From Tortispora ganteri (lineage: Eukaryota): DNA of 64,000 bases. This document shows positions 8,767-18,516 of this stretch, piece after piece. Each line of letters starts with the position of its first letter. The stretch's first letter is position 1. Below the pieces are notes generated by a model. That model was not told where the DNA came from and made no database searches. It was given only the letters and a program-made list of their open reading frames with translations. The stretch spans positions 1-64,000 of the forward strand of contig PPNB01000028.1 of assembly GCA_003707115.1 (NCBI GenBank), written 5' to 3'. A program made the translations under genes and the position numbers.

Positions 8767-11721
8767 ATGATTAGACGACATGCAGTAAACCACGTACTCA
8801 GTCGGAGATCGATTTCGATGTTTAGCCGGTTTAAATGGAAACAGCGTCCAACAAAGTCATCGTTCGCTGACGGTCTCATTGACGACCGCGACTGGTCCAA
8901 GCTGCAGTTCCAAACCAGGCGCAATGATATCGCCAAAGACACTTATTCGCCAAACGAACGTGAATCGCTGAACAGTCTCATATCGCTGCTCACCCGTCAC
9001 GGATCTTTTTACCGTAAATCTCACATACAACCTCCCGTGAAGCCTGAACAGCTCTCCGATGCTGACAAGTCCTCCCTGGCAGCTACCGTTGCCGCGCTTT
9101 CAAATAACATCTCTAAAGAATCGCTCAGTACCCTTCAAGTGTCTGCGCTGATCGCCGCGTTCAAAACATCGCCAGACGTGCAAATACCACCCGAAACGCT
9201 TGCCAAACTTCTTACACAAATCGCTGCCTTTGACCGCCCATCAGAACCGCACCTCGAACTGGCAAGAATCGTTTACTCCCACTACTACGCCATCACCTCG
9301 CCCTCATTCAACAATACCGACGAATCGACCTCAAAAAGCATTCGATCAGACCAGACGTACTATCACACACCAAAACATATCCCGGCACTGATTGACTACC
9401 TGGTCGTACTCGTACGAAATGGTCAAATACAAGATGTCGTTCACCATCTCGCTAATGCCTACGTCATCTTTACCAAATTCTATAAAAGACTTGCCCTGGC
9501 ATTGTTAAACGTCCCGGGATCTGCTCCTCTAGCTCCGGAAATTGCTCAGATATTAGCTAAAAGACAGATCCGCGTTAAAAGAGCCCTCCTTTCTTCTTTG
9601 CTAGACCTCGCATCTGTTCCCTCGAAGGACCCCAGCCCGCACTCGGAGGATAACTCTCCAGTTTTTGACACTGTGTCTGTCCTAACGTCCGCACGTTTGT
9701 ACGACCTGTCTTCAGATATACAGATACTCTCTAGACTTCTCCAGTACTGCATAGACGAGAAGTTCAGCCATAAAGGCAAAGAGTTTCTAACTATGTTCGC
9801 AGAACTCGATAAGAACACACCAAACCTTTCTCTTATATATTCTTTTGAACAGATGCAAGAGTTTTACGTCACTGCTATTAAAGCTGTAATGACATTCTAT
9901 GACAGTGTTCCTATCCTGGGCAGAACGCTGGTTCGTGAACTGCTCGAGCTCCCTGGAAAATTCCCTGAGTCTTCCCAGAACGGATTTAATCGCACAGCTT
10001 GGCATACTGTTGTCCAGTGGTCGATATTTTCTGCATCTACCGATTCTTCGGCGTGGAGCATGCTGGCCGCTACCCTTAAACAAATGTCCAAATCAATGCC
10101 GCCAAATACTGACACAATCAATAGCGCATTGGAGATCGCTTCCAAACTGGGTCACTCTAACGCCTTGGTAGACCAGATCTTTTCTCTGTTTCACACTGAA
10201 GTCGAAAATACACCGGTCCTAGAAGAGCCTGAAGTAGAGGAAAACGCTAAAGAGAACCAAATTTCATTCCCAGACCTAGCTCTGCATCTCCGGATTCAAC
10301 CAAACGTTGAATCATATGCACACCTTATTCGGGCTCGCCTAGCGGCATCGAATTTGGTAGGAGCAATTGAAGCGTTTGAACAAAGCAGAGCTCAGTTTAT
10401 ACCATGGAATGAGGATGAATCAAATAATCGAAATGCTCTGTTTGAGCTTTTATTGTCAATCACTCGAGCAGAAGACGCTGATCCGAACATTGTAATTGAC
10501 TGGTACCTGGCTGTACGCTCATACACTCAGACTGTCAGCTATGTTTGCAAGGTTGCTCTTCTCGATCTTTTCTTGAAGAATGACCAAGTAGGCAATGCTA
10601 TTTCTGTACTGCGGTCTGAGATTCCTCTCAGTGATCCTGTGCCAGATGAACTAGCTTTTGAAAATGATCTCATGGTTATTGAGTTTCAGTCTACTAATGT
10701 TCTAATGGGCAAGGAAGCCGGTCGCTTGCTTCCTGCGGAGGCACCTGACATTTACATGCTTTTGGAGAACTACGTGCATAGTTCCGATAATGCCTTCAAA
10801 GCATGGATTATTTACGGAATGATTCAGAGACATTTTATCCCTCCTCCTGAGTCTTATCATGCAGCTATGGAGAGATTTATGGCGCTTGGGAGAGCTGATG
10901 CGGCAATGAAGATATTTGATCACATTCAATGGGAGGTCAGCGCTGGAGATGATTCTCTGCGCATGACGGAAGATTTATATAATCGTCTTTTCAGAGCGCT
11001 TGCTAAATTGAAATACGAGCCTGCTATTCGGCCGTTACATGTTGCAATGAAAATGGATATCAGTATAGACACGAACATTGACCTTATGAACGGTATTATG
11101 CTTGCATACGCTAGTACAGACAACAAGTTTTCTGCAGATATGATATGGGATCAAATTAGGACAGCGCCACTTCCACATCGGGCAAACTTAGAGAGTTTTC
11201 AGATCATGTTGGAATTACATTCGCGCTTTAACATTGGACGAGCTGTTGAGCTCTGGAGAAGCCTTCCTGAATACGATATAGAGCCAGATAATAAGCTTTA
11301 TGCTTCGTATATAAAAGCTAACTGTTATGCTGGCTATTATGCGCGTGCTCTGGATATTGCTAAACGTATGAAAGAAGATCATGGGTTAGAATTGGACGCG
11401 CACGTTTTGCGTACTCTTTACAACTGGACGCTTCTGCCTAATAGAAAGAAAGATGTTGAAGCTTGGGCGCAAACTGCCGCTCCTGAAATTTGGCAAGAGT
11501 TGCGGGAGTCAGGTACTCTTCGTGAGGATGTTATTGAGCAAGACAAACCGCCAAGTATAATGAGCTTACTTACAGGCAAGTCTGATAACGAGACTTCCGA
11601 TAACAAGACGTCTGCTACGAAAGCTGAAAAGAAAGAAAACGATAATGATAACAACCACAATGATTACGATGACGATTTTCCTGATTTATCGGAATATCAC
11701 TACGTCGGTAAAGATAAGTGA
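8767..11721 (+). CDS. Mitochondrial PPR protein, CIA84-like (complex I intermediate-associated protein 84)
   Basis: Basic presequence; PPR-like helical repeats (PNVESYAHLIRA, LMNGIMLAYA, PDNKLYASYIKA); C-terminal VEAWAQ...PEIWQEL resembles CIA84. Confidence 0.65.
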   Translation: MIRRHAVNHVLSRRSISMFSRFKWKQRPTKSSFADGLIDDRDWSKLQFQTRRNDIAKDTYSPNERESLNSLISLLTRHGSFYRKSHIQPPVKPEQLSDADKSSLAATVAALSNNISKESLSTLQVSALIAAFKTSPDVQIPPETLAKLLTQIAAFDRPSEPHLELARIVYSHYYAITSPSFNNTDESTSKSIRSDQTYYHTPKHIPALIDYLVVLVRNGQIQDVVHHLANAYVIFTKFYKRLALALLNVPGSAPLAPEIAQILAKRQIRVKRALLSSLLDLASVPSKDPSPHSEDNSPVFDTVSVLTSARLYDLSSDIQILSRLLQYCIDEKFSHKGKEFLTMFAELDKNTPNLSLIYSFEQMQEFYVTAIKAVMTFYDSVPILGRTLVRELLELPGKFPESSQNGFNRTAWHTVVQWSIFSASTDSSAWSMLAATLKQMSKSMPPNTDTINSALEIASKLGHSNALVDQIFSLFHTEVENTPVLEEPEVEENAKENQISFPDLALHLRIQPNVESYAHLIRARLAASNLVGAIEAFEQSRAQFIPWNEDESNNRNALFELLLSITRAEDADPNIVIDWYLAVRSYTQTVSYVCKVALLDLFLKNDQVGNAISVLRSEIPLSDPVPDELAFENDLMVIEFQSTNVLMGKEAGRLLPAEAPDIYMLLENYVHSSDNAFKAWIIYGMIQRHFIPPPESYHAAMERFMALGRADAAMKIFDHIQWEVSAGDDSLRMTEDLYNRLFRALAKLKYEPAIRPLHVAMKMDISIDTNIDLMNGIMLAYASTDNKFSADMIWDQIRTAPLPHRANLESFQIMLELHSRFNIGRAVELWRSLPEYDIEPDNKLYASYIKANCYAGYYARALDIAKRMKEDHGLELDAHVLRTLYNWTLLPNRKKDVEAWAQTAAPEIWQELRESGTLREDVIEQDKPPSIMSLLTGKSDNETSDNKTSATKAEKKENDNDNNHNDYDDDFPDLSEYHYVGKDK

Positions 11722-11795
11722 ATATTGAAATGATGACATGAATATTGAAGTTTTTTGAAAGGAATGAAGAAGACAAAAGAAGACGCTATGTAGTT

Positions 11796-13094
11796 CTAAT
11801 GTTGTATATGCTTGAATGCTTTTGACCCGCCTGCACCAATGTAACTTCCTGCCACTTGTCCGGATCCCTTTAGCTGGTACTGATAAATGACCAGTCCTTC
11901 GAGACCGACAGGACCTCGTGAATGGATCTTAGATGTCGATATACCCACTTCTGCGCCGAACCCGAACCTGAAACCATCTGCAAATCTGCTTGAAGCGTTC
12001 CAAAAAACACTGGCAGAGTCTATACCATTCAAAAACAGTTGAGCATCAGATTCTGATGCGGTTATGATGATGTCAGTGTGCTTAGAAGAATGAGCATTAA
12101 TGTGTTCGATAGCAGCCTCGACTGAAGGCATGGTAGTAGCTGCTATTGTGAAATTCAAAAATTCGCAGTCGAAATCGCCTTCTTCTGAGTGTTTGAGCAA
12201 ATTCTGGGGCACGATATCCTTCAAGGCGTCGAAGAGTTCAGGAGTGGCCTTAATGACTACGCCGGCATCAGCCAGGGCGGCGACAATAGTAGGTAGGACG
12301 GTTTCCACGGCATCCTTATGGACGAGCAACTGTTCAATTGCATTGCATCCTGCAGGATAGTTCGTTTTAGCGTCGACAACAATTTTAGCGGCCATCTCTG
12401 GGTCAGCGTCTTTATTCACGAAAGCGGAGCAAATACCATCAGCATGTCCGAGGACAGGAATCCTTGTAGAGTTTTTGATGTCAGATACGAGCTTGTTAGA
12501 TCCACGCGGAATTACCAAGTCGATGTAATCGGTCTGATCCAAGAGGCTAGCGACATCTGCGCGAGTTGCCACGAGTTGAATAGCGGAGGCTGGGATCTTT
12601 GTAGTTGCCAATGCGGCCGTGACGACATCAGCGATGGCAGTAAAAGAATTAATTGATTCCTTACCACCTTTAAGAATAGCTGCATTCCCGCTCTTGAGCG
12701 CTAGTGCAGTAATATTGGCAATGACTTCTGGGCGGGCTTCAAAAATGACAAGGATGACGCCGATCGGGCAAGAGACTCGTTGAAGCTCAAGGCCGTCATC
12801 AAGTGTGGTACGTAGAGAAACCTTACCAACGGGGTCATCCAGAGCAGCTACATCAGCAATTCCCTGAAGCATAGCATCATATTTGCCTGGTGACGTGAGA
12901 TCGAGTCTTTTAATAAGAGACGAAGGAAGATCAGCCTTGCGGGCGGTATCGAGGTCAAGTTTGTTAGCCTTGATAATAGCATCTCTATTAACGGCAAGAG
13001 CATCACGCACAGCTAATAATGCGCTGGATCTTTCTTCCGCAGAAAGGGTTTTCAATTTAGTAGAAGCAAATCTTGCATCTTTTGCGATATCCAT
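11796..13094 (-). CDS. PRO2: Gamma-glutamyl phosphate reductase
   Basis: PIGVILVIFEARPEV, LKGGKES, YPAGCNA, NASSRFADGFRFGFGAEVGIST.KIHSRGPVGL; first ATG at 13094. Confidence 0.95.
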   Translation of the reverse strand: MDIAKDARFASTKLKTLSAEERSSALLAVRDALAVNRDAIIKANKLDLDTARKADLPSSLIKRLDLTSPGKYDAMLQGIADVAALDDPVGKVSLRTTLDDGLELQRVSCPIGVILVIFEARPEVIANITALALKSGNAAILKGGKESINSFTAIADVVTAALATTKIPASAIQLVATRADVASLLDQTDYIDLVIPRGSNKLVSDIKNSTRIPVLGHADGICSAFVNKDADPEMAAKIVVDAKTNYPAGCNAIEQLLVHKDAVETVLPTIVAALADAGVVIKATPELFDALKDIVPQNLLKHSEEGDFDCEFLNFTIAATTMPSVEAAIEHINAHSSKHTDIIITASESDAQLFLNGIDSASVFWNASSRFADGFRFGFGAEVGISTSKIHSRGPVGLEGLVIYQYQLKGSGQVAGSYIGAGGSKAFKHIQH

Positions 13095-13235
13095 TGGTGT
13101 TGATGAGAAGAATTTTTCTTTTTTCGTTTTTTTAGTTAATAGTTTGGTCCTTAGATGAGCCGCACGATTCCCAAAGTATGTGGGCCAAAATGGCAGCAAT
13201 GAGAGAAAACCCGCTTTGACGTCAAACAGGCAGCT

Positions 13236-14099
13236 ATGGAAGAACTGAAACGGTTTTTGCAGATCAACGAATCAGACGCTGCGCGAGTTGCGGGGTTAGA
13301 AATTGTGCAAAATTTAAAAGAAATAATTAGTTATGAGACTCAATTGACGTACAATCACATGGTGTTTGTGAAATTGTGCTGTCTCCTCGAAGATTATACT
13401 CTAGGATCAGAAGTTGTCTCCCACGACTGGCTAGTCAAAGATAAACAACGGCTTCTTGAAGATCCTTCCGATTCTGTCGACAATATACTGAAAAACTTTG
13501 TACAGTACTACTACTACAGCTCGCTAATCGCTATCGGAGTCACAGATTATCTACGTGCACTGACTCTACTGCATGTGACTGTGAAAGCGCATAGCGGTAT
13601 TCTTTCACCACTGCAGGAGTCTGCAGCAAAAAAACTGCTCCTTGTAAAGATCCTGACCGAGTGTAATGATTTAAACGAACTGGACTCACGCCCGGAAGTT
13701 GATTACCTGGAATACGTGCTCCCCGTGCATGACCACTACGTGAGCGCGCTAAAAGCCGGCACAGAAACGTGTCCTGATCCTGAAAATCAGCCTCTCTGGG
13801 ATGCAGTTAGACATAAACTACGAGTACTTCAGGTACAAAAAACGTTGAATATGTTTTCTGTAGTGAATCTCGACCTTCTAGGACCCGCTGACGAAATACG
13901 TGCAATGGTCGACAATGGCGAACTACAAATCACAATTGAAAATGGTATTGTTATTAACAACTCCCCGACCGATTTTCGCACGGTCATGGATAAAATCAGC
14001 GAGGCAGCAAGAAGAAATAATGATTTGAAGGCAAAAATAGACTATTTACATTCAGAGACACTACACCGCAAGAACCAGCAAACTGAAACTCAGGTGTAA
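13236..14099 (+). CDS. PCI-family protein, COP9 signalosome subunit 3-like (shortened)
   Basis: YYYYSSLIAIG..DY.RAL.LL...V.A....LS.LQ..A.KKLLLV.IL matches the CSN3/Rpn3 helical motif; degenerate winged helix (IRAMVDNGEL). Confidence 0.6.
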   Translation: MEELKRFLQINESDAARVAGLEIVQNLKEIISYETQLTYNHMVFVKLCCLLEDYTLGSEVVSHDWLVKDKQRLLEDPSDSVDNILKNFVQYYYYSSLIAIGVTDYLRALTLLHVTVKAHSGILSPLQESAAKKLLLVKILTECNDLNELDSRPEVDYLEYVLPVHDHYVSALKAGTETCPDPENQPLWDAVRHKLRVLQVQKTLNMFSVVNLDLLGPADEIRAMVDNGELQITIENGIVINNSPTDFRTVMDKISEAARRNNDLKAKIDYLHSETLHRKNQQTETQV

Positions 14100-14128
14100 C
14101 GTCTCGCATCCTTTCTTGAAACATAATC

Positions 14129-14383
14129 TTACGAATCATCTTCTGGCAGTCCGAGGTTCTTCCATTCGTCTTTTTTCATTAAATCCTTATCCATACGGCA
14201 TTGCAAATACTGTTTGGCGAGTCCGCGACACCCATCGGAATTTAGGCCTTTGGTCATCTTAATACAGCTCAGATACTTCTGCGCAATCTCTGCACAGTCC
14301 CCATAGTGGTCAAGCAGAAATGATCCTCGGTCTGGCGGTTTCGGTTTACTCGAAATATTGTTTCCTGGACTTCCAAATGCCAT
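14129..14383 (-). CDS. COX19: Cytochrome c oxidase assembly factor Cox19 (twin CX9C)
   Basis: [12 protein letters not shown], two CX9C motifs, CRMD..LM..DEW.NLGL. Confidence 0.93.
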   Translation of the reverse strand: MAFGSPGNNISSKPKPPDRGSFLLDHYGDCAEIAQKYLSCIKMTKGLNSDGCRGLAKQYLQCRMDKDLMKKDEWKNLGLPEDDS

Positions 14384-14520
14384 GTATTAATTTGCTTATT
14401 GCAATTTTCTCCTGGTTTCGATTACTCGCCTCTGTAACCTCACGTGTTGCTGTCGTTGGGACAGTAAAAGACACTAGACAGAAACACATCATATAATGCT
14501 CAACTAACGCATTTTATTAT

Positions 14521-15240
14521 TCATACATACTCATTCAGATGATCCACTAAATCATCCTCTTCCACTTCTTCCGTGTTGCCCAAATACACTGACCTGTGCG
14601 GGTCCTGTGCCTTGCCTGTGCCTTCTATAGAGGTCCCTTGGTCGGCTGCCTCTTTCGGTGTTTGTCGATCTGAATCGGAAGCAGGCACACCCTCTTTGTG
14701 TAACGCCGTGACATTATTTCTTGTATATGTCCTTGGTTCCTCTTCCCTGCGTGCACCTTTCTCTCCCGAAAATTGTCTAACGTTGTGTGGGCCAGGTTTG
14801 CGCGATGCAGCTTCTCCGGCGCCTCTAGACCATTCCACTGCGAGCTTACCGTCGAGAACCTGTAACCCCTGTAAACCTTTAAACGCATTTTTTGCTGATT
14901 CAAATTCCATATAATCAACGAAAATGAATGGCATTTTTCTGCCGCGCGGTTTGGGCGATTCGACGTTTTTTATTCTTCCAAACTGTTCTGCCTCTTTCAC
15001 AACTTCCTCAATCGGCTGGCGGTGCCCAAACCCGGCAATAAACAGCTTGTTTTTGCTAAAACTCTCGTGTCTGGGCGGAATATTTCGTGCAAACCTTGGT
15101 CTGTAATCTCGACGCTCGTCTGGTATTCGCTTGCGTCTCAAAGGCCTGTTGTTTCGATCTTGGTAGTACGCGTCGGGTGGTCGTCTGTCTCGGTTGCGCG
15201 AAACTGTTGCGTCTCTGTCCCATGGTGGAGGCGACGGCAT
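14521..15240 (-). CDS. Single-RRM RNA-binding protein with Arg/Asp-rich N-terminus (SR-like)
   Basis: RNP2 KLFIAGF, RNP1-like PFIFVDY, KLAVEWS; first ATG at 15240. Confidence 0.7.
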   Translation of the reverse strand: MPSPPPWDRDATVSRNRDRRPPDAYYQDRNNRPLRRKRIPDERRDYRPRFARNIPPRHESFSKNKLFIAGFGHRQPIEEVVKEAEQFGRIKNVESPKPRGRKMPFIFVDYMEFESAKNAFKGLQGLQVLDGKLAVEWSRGAGEAASRKPGPHNVRQFSGEKGARREEEPRTYTRNNVTALHKEGVPASDSDRQTPKEAADQGTSIEGTGKAQDPHRSVYLGNTEEVEEDDLVDHLNEYV

Positions 15241-15591
15241 TCTTAAAACTATCAGGTTTAATCGGCCCAATTGATAAAATGAAAACAATCCAGCAAGGCG
15301 AATTGATGTTCGTAATTGAGTGTGTGCGATGCGACTTTTCGGTTGCTATATCGATCGGTATCCTGGTGCGGCAGCCCATTGGCTATCCGGTCCCCATAGT
15401 CAGGGTGCATCTGAGCAACCGATAAGTTCTGCTGAAGCCCTATGAGGTTCGGCTCCATGTCATAGCGTGATCTCAAATACCCATCTAATACGCGTTCACG
15501 GTGAACCGCGTATAGCATCATATTCGTTCGCGGCTCATTTGAAGCATAATTGAAGCCAATGTCGCTGCTCAGGTAACGCACGTAACAAGGT

Positions 15592-15666
15592 AATGTGGGG
15601 TAAACTTTTCATAGGCTTTTTCCCCATAAGGTTGCTCGGTCTTTGCGATACGGAGTACCCCACATT
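15592..15666. promoter_or_regulatory. Inverted pair of GC-box (Mig1/CreA-type SYGGGG) sites
   Basis: AATGTGGGGTA (15592-15602) and its perfect reverse complement TACCCCACATT (15656-15666). More CCCCAC/GCGGGG sites lie near 16075-16120. Confidence 0.4.
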
Positions 15667-16204
15667 GGCCGTATTCCCTGTATATTACAGAGAACTTGCC
15701 TAAATTGGAGATGCGCAAACGCCAATTTTCTACTTTTTAAATAGGGTCACGGAATTGACGCTATGACCGGGATAAGTGCTGGTGACCAAATTCTATGACT
15801 AACCGGGCCAAGGGCGCTGATGTGACACAGGTGACCCAGAAACAAAGCGAAGTTCGTAACCGGAAACGCTTATCACATGAACAATGACTGCTTTCCGAAA
15901 ATGGCGAGCTGATAGTTGCTTGGGCATATTGTGTTGCTGGTACCGAGATCTGTCGGAGAAACTTTAAAACCGACTAGAGAACGGAGACGCGCGCGCTGCT
16001 TGAACGTTTATCGCCCTACATAGGCCACCCGCTGGCTAAGATTTAGATTATCCTATCCGGGTTAATAGCCAGTGTCCCCACTTACAAAGCCGATTCTCGA
16101 CAAACTTGCAGTTATATATAAAGAGACTTTTGCGGGGAAAAAGGCAAACAATTTTTCCCGAATACTGCACAGATTTATCGATCGAAACAGGCACACAGAG
16201 AAAC

Positions 16205-16951
16205 ATGGGTAAACTAGATGGAAAAGTTGCTGTTGTGACCGGCGGAGGCTCCGGATTCGGCCTTGGAATTGTCAAAAAATTCATTGAAGAAGGCGCAAAG
16301 GTCGTCGTCGTTGACTTAAACGAAGAAGCCGGAACCAAGGTGGCTGAAGAATTTGGCGTCAAATTCGTCCAGGCCAATGTTGCCGTGGCCGAAAGCTGGA
16401 AGACTATCTTGCAAACGTCCATTGACACTTATGGCAAGCTAGACGTTGTCGTCAACAATGCCGGCACCACTTACCGAAACAAGCCCACTCTTGAGGTTAC
16501 TGAAGAAGATTTCGATAAAGTCTTTACTGTTAATGTCAAGTCTGTTTTCCACTCCTTCAATGCTATTATTCCTTATTTCAAAGAGCATGGTGGAGGCTCT
16601 TTCATTCAGATCTCATCTACTGCTGCCATCCGTCCGCGTCCCCGCCTAACATGGTACAACGCTACTAAGGGTGCTGTCTCAATCGCCTCTAAGTCAATGG
16701 CTGTGGAGCATGGTCCGGACAACATTCGATTCAACTGTATCTGCCCTGTCGCTGGATGGACGGGAATGATTGAGCTTTTCCTGGGTGTTCCTGCTACTCC
16801 TGAGAACCGTGAGAAGTTCCAATCTACTATTCCTATTGGCCGCTTCTCTGAACCGAGTGATATTGCCAATGCTACCGCTTTCCTTGCCAGTGACGAGGCT
16901 GCTTTCATCACCGGTGTCGACCTTGAGGTTGACGGTGGACGTTGTGTCTAA
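16205..16951 (+). CDS. Classical short-chain dehydrogenase/reductase (FabG/TsaC-like)
   Basis: TGGGSGFG, NNAG, catalytic YNATK, GVDLEVDGG. Strong C/T-ending codon bias suggests high expression. Confidence 0.9.
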   Translation: MGKLDGKVAVVTGGGSGFGLGIVKKFIEEGAKVVVVDLNEEAGTKVAEEFGVKFVQANVAVAESWKTILQTSIDTYGKLDVVVNNAGTTYRNKPTLEVTEEDFDKVFTVNVKSVFHSFNAIIPYFKEHGGGSFIQISSTAAIRPRPRLTWYNATKGAVSIASKSMAVEHGPDNIRFNCICPVAGWTGMIELFLGVPATPENREKFQSTIPIGRFSEPSDIANATAFLASDEAAFITGVDLEVDGGRCV

Positions 16952-17056
16952 GCGCATGGCACGAGCGTGCAATAGAAAAACTAACGTTGAACGTGTACCA
17001 ATAAAAAAAAATATACTTATAGACATATGTACTGTTTATTAAATGTTAATGCTAGT

Positions 17057-18244
17057 TCATTTGTATTGTTCGAGCGCTCTCCCCATAATGATAAGGCCTA
17101 GACGCAGCTCGTCGGCCGTGCATGATCCATAGCCGATGCGCAGGTATTCTGGGCGATCAAATAGCTCCCCAGGGCATACCAATACCCCGTACTTTTCGAT
17201 GAGATCAGTAGCAAATGACATTGAATCGATGCCATTCAGCTTTATAAATGCACATGTTCCACCCACAGCGTAGGTGTCGTCAAGCTCCAAACGCGGCTGA
17301 GATTTTATAAATCTAGTGAGAATGTCCTTTTGTGACTTGCAATGCAAAACGCTGCGAAGAAGAATAGCGCTGTAATGTTCTAATGCCCAGGCAGCCAATC
17401 TATCATCGATTTTCGAAACGGAAATGGTAGTATAGTCTCTTGCCGAGAGCATTTTTTGGCGCATTATCACATTATTGCTGGCGATCCAGCCCACCCGCAA
17501 GCCGGCCATAGAGAAAACCTTAGACATTGAACCAGACACGACAATGTTAGTGGTGTTAAGAGACAGGGCAGACTTGTTACCACTGGTCTTGATTTGGTCG
17601 ACGATACTTCCGGCTTTGGCTTCAGTCTTTATTGAGTGAAGCAATGGCCAATAAACTTCATCCACCATCAGAGTAACTTTGTTCGTTTCACATATAAGCG
17701 CAACTTCTTCAAGTACTTCAAATGGTATTACTTGTCCAGTTGGGTTGACTGGGTTGTTTAGGACAACAAGTGCAGTGTTGCTTTTGATCGAATTTTTGAT
17801 ATCTTTTGGCAATGAGGTAAAGCCATTGTCAATGCCGAGTTTAGAAACCTCGCAACCTAACGACTCAATGACAGAGTGTAGCTGTTGGTAGGTAGGAGAT
17901 TGGATAATTGCGTGTGCTCCTGAAGACACTAAGCCACAAAATGCAAAGAAGTTGGCGCCAATAGCGCCATTGCCCACGATGATGTGATCAGCGGTGATAT
18001 TTGAAGAGCCCAATTCATTGTACATTTTTGCAATTTTGCTTCTAAGGAGATTTGAGCCGGAGATTTCACCATAATCTAGTACCATTTCAGATATTTCAGT
18101 AAATGGCGGGGAAGTACCGGTCATAGCGCTCAAGTCGTTCAAGGACAAAGAAAGCGAGCATGTTTCAGCCAGATTAGCATCACATTTCTTTTCATACTTG
18201 TCCATCCATCGCTCTACCTGGAAACTGGGAAAAATTGAACTCAT
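17057..18244 (-). CDS. PLP-dependent aminotransferase class I/II (capreomycidine synthase-like subfamily)
   Basis: FQVERWMDKYE, NLAETC, NNPVNPTG, DEVY, SMSKVFSMAGLRVGW, LRIGY. Confidence 0.85.
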   Translation of the reverse strand: MSSIFPSFQVERWMDKYEKKCDANLAETCSLSLSLNDLSAMTGTSPPFTEISEMVLDYGEISGSNLLRSKIAKMYNELGSSNITADHIIVGNGAIGANFFAFCGLVSSGAHAIIQSPTYQQLHSVIESLGCEVSKLGIDNGFTSLPKDIKNSIKSNTALVVLNNPVNPTGQVIPFEVLEEVALICETNKVTLMVDEVYWPLLHSIKTEAKAGSIVDQIKTSGNKSALSLNTTNIVVSGSMSKVFSMAGLRVGWIASNNVIMRQKMLSARDYTTISVSKIDDRLAAWALEHYSAILLRSVLHCKSQKDILTRFIKSQPRLELDDTYAVGGTCAFIKLNGIDSMSFATDLIEKYGVLVCPGELFDRPEYLRIGYGSCTADELRLGLIIMGRALEQYK

Positions 18245-18516
18245 GTTGTAAAAAAAAGTGTTTGCAATTGTAATCTGACGTCAAATACATATGTGCACGC
18301 ATCAATAGTGTAGTTATCCATTTTAGGGAATTGCGGCTCATATGAAAACTTACCGTTTCAGCGCGAACTAACGGTTCCCTTTTCCTAAAGCAACAACAAC
18401 AAGACGCAGAAAGGGGGTACCCTTTTTTTGTACAATATTATTCTCCTTTTTTTCGATTCCTATGCGCTTTAATTTCAGCTAGTATATTGATTAACAAATA
18501 TACCCACATTAAACAA

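Noticed and set aside
15056..15581. Overlapping minus-strand ORFs 15056-15379 and 15258-15581, and plus-strand ORF 15087-15425
   Set aside because: No recognisable motifs, mutually overlapping, and no splice signals link them convincingly to the RRM gene.
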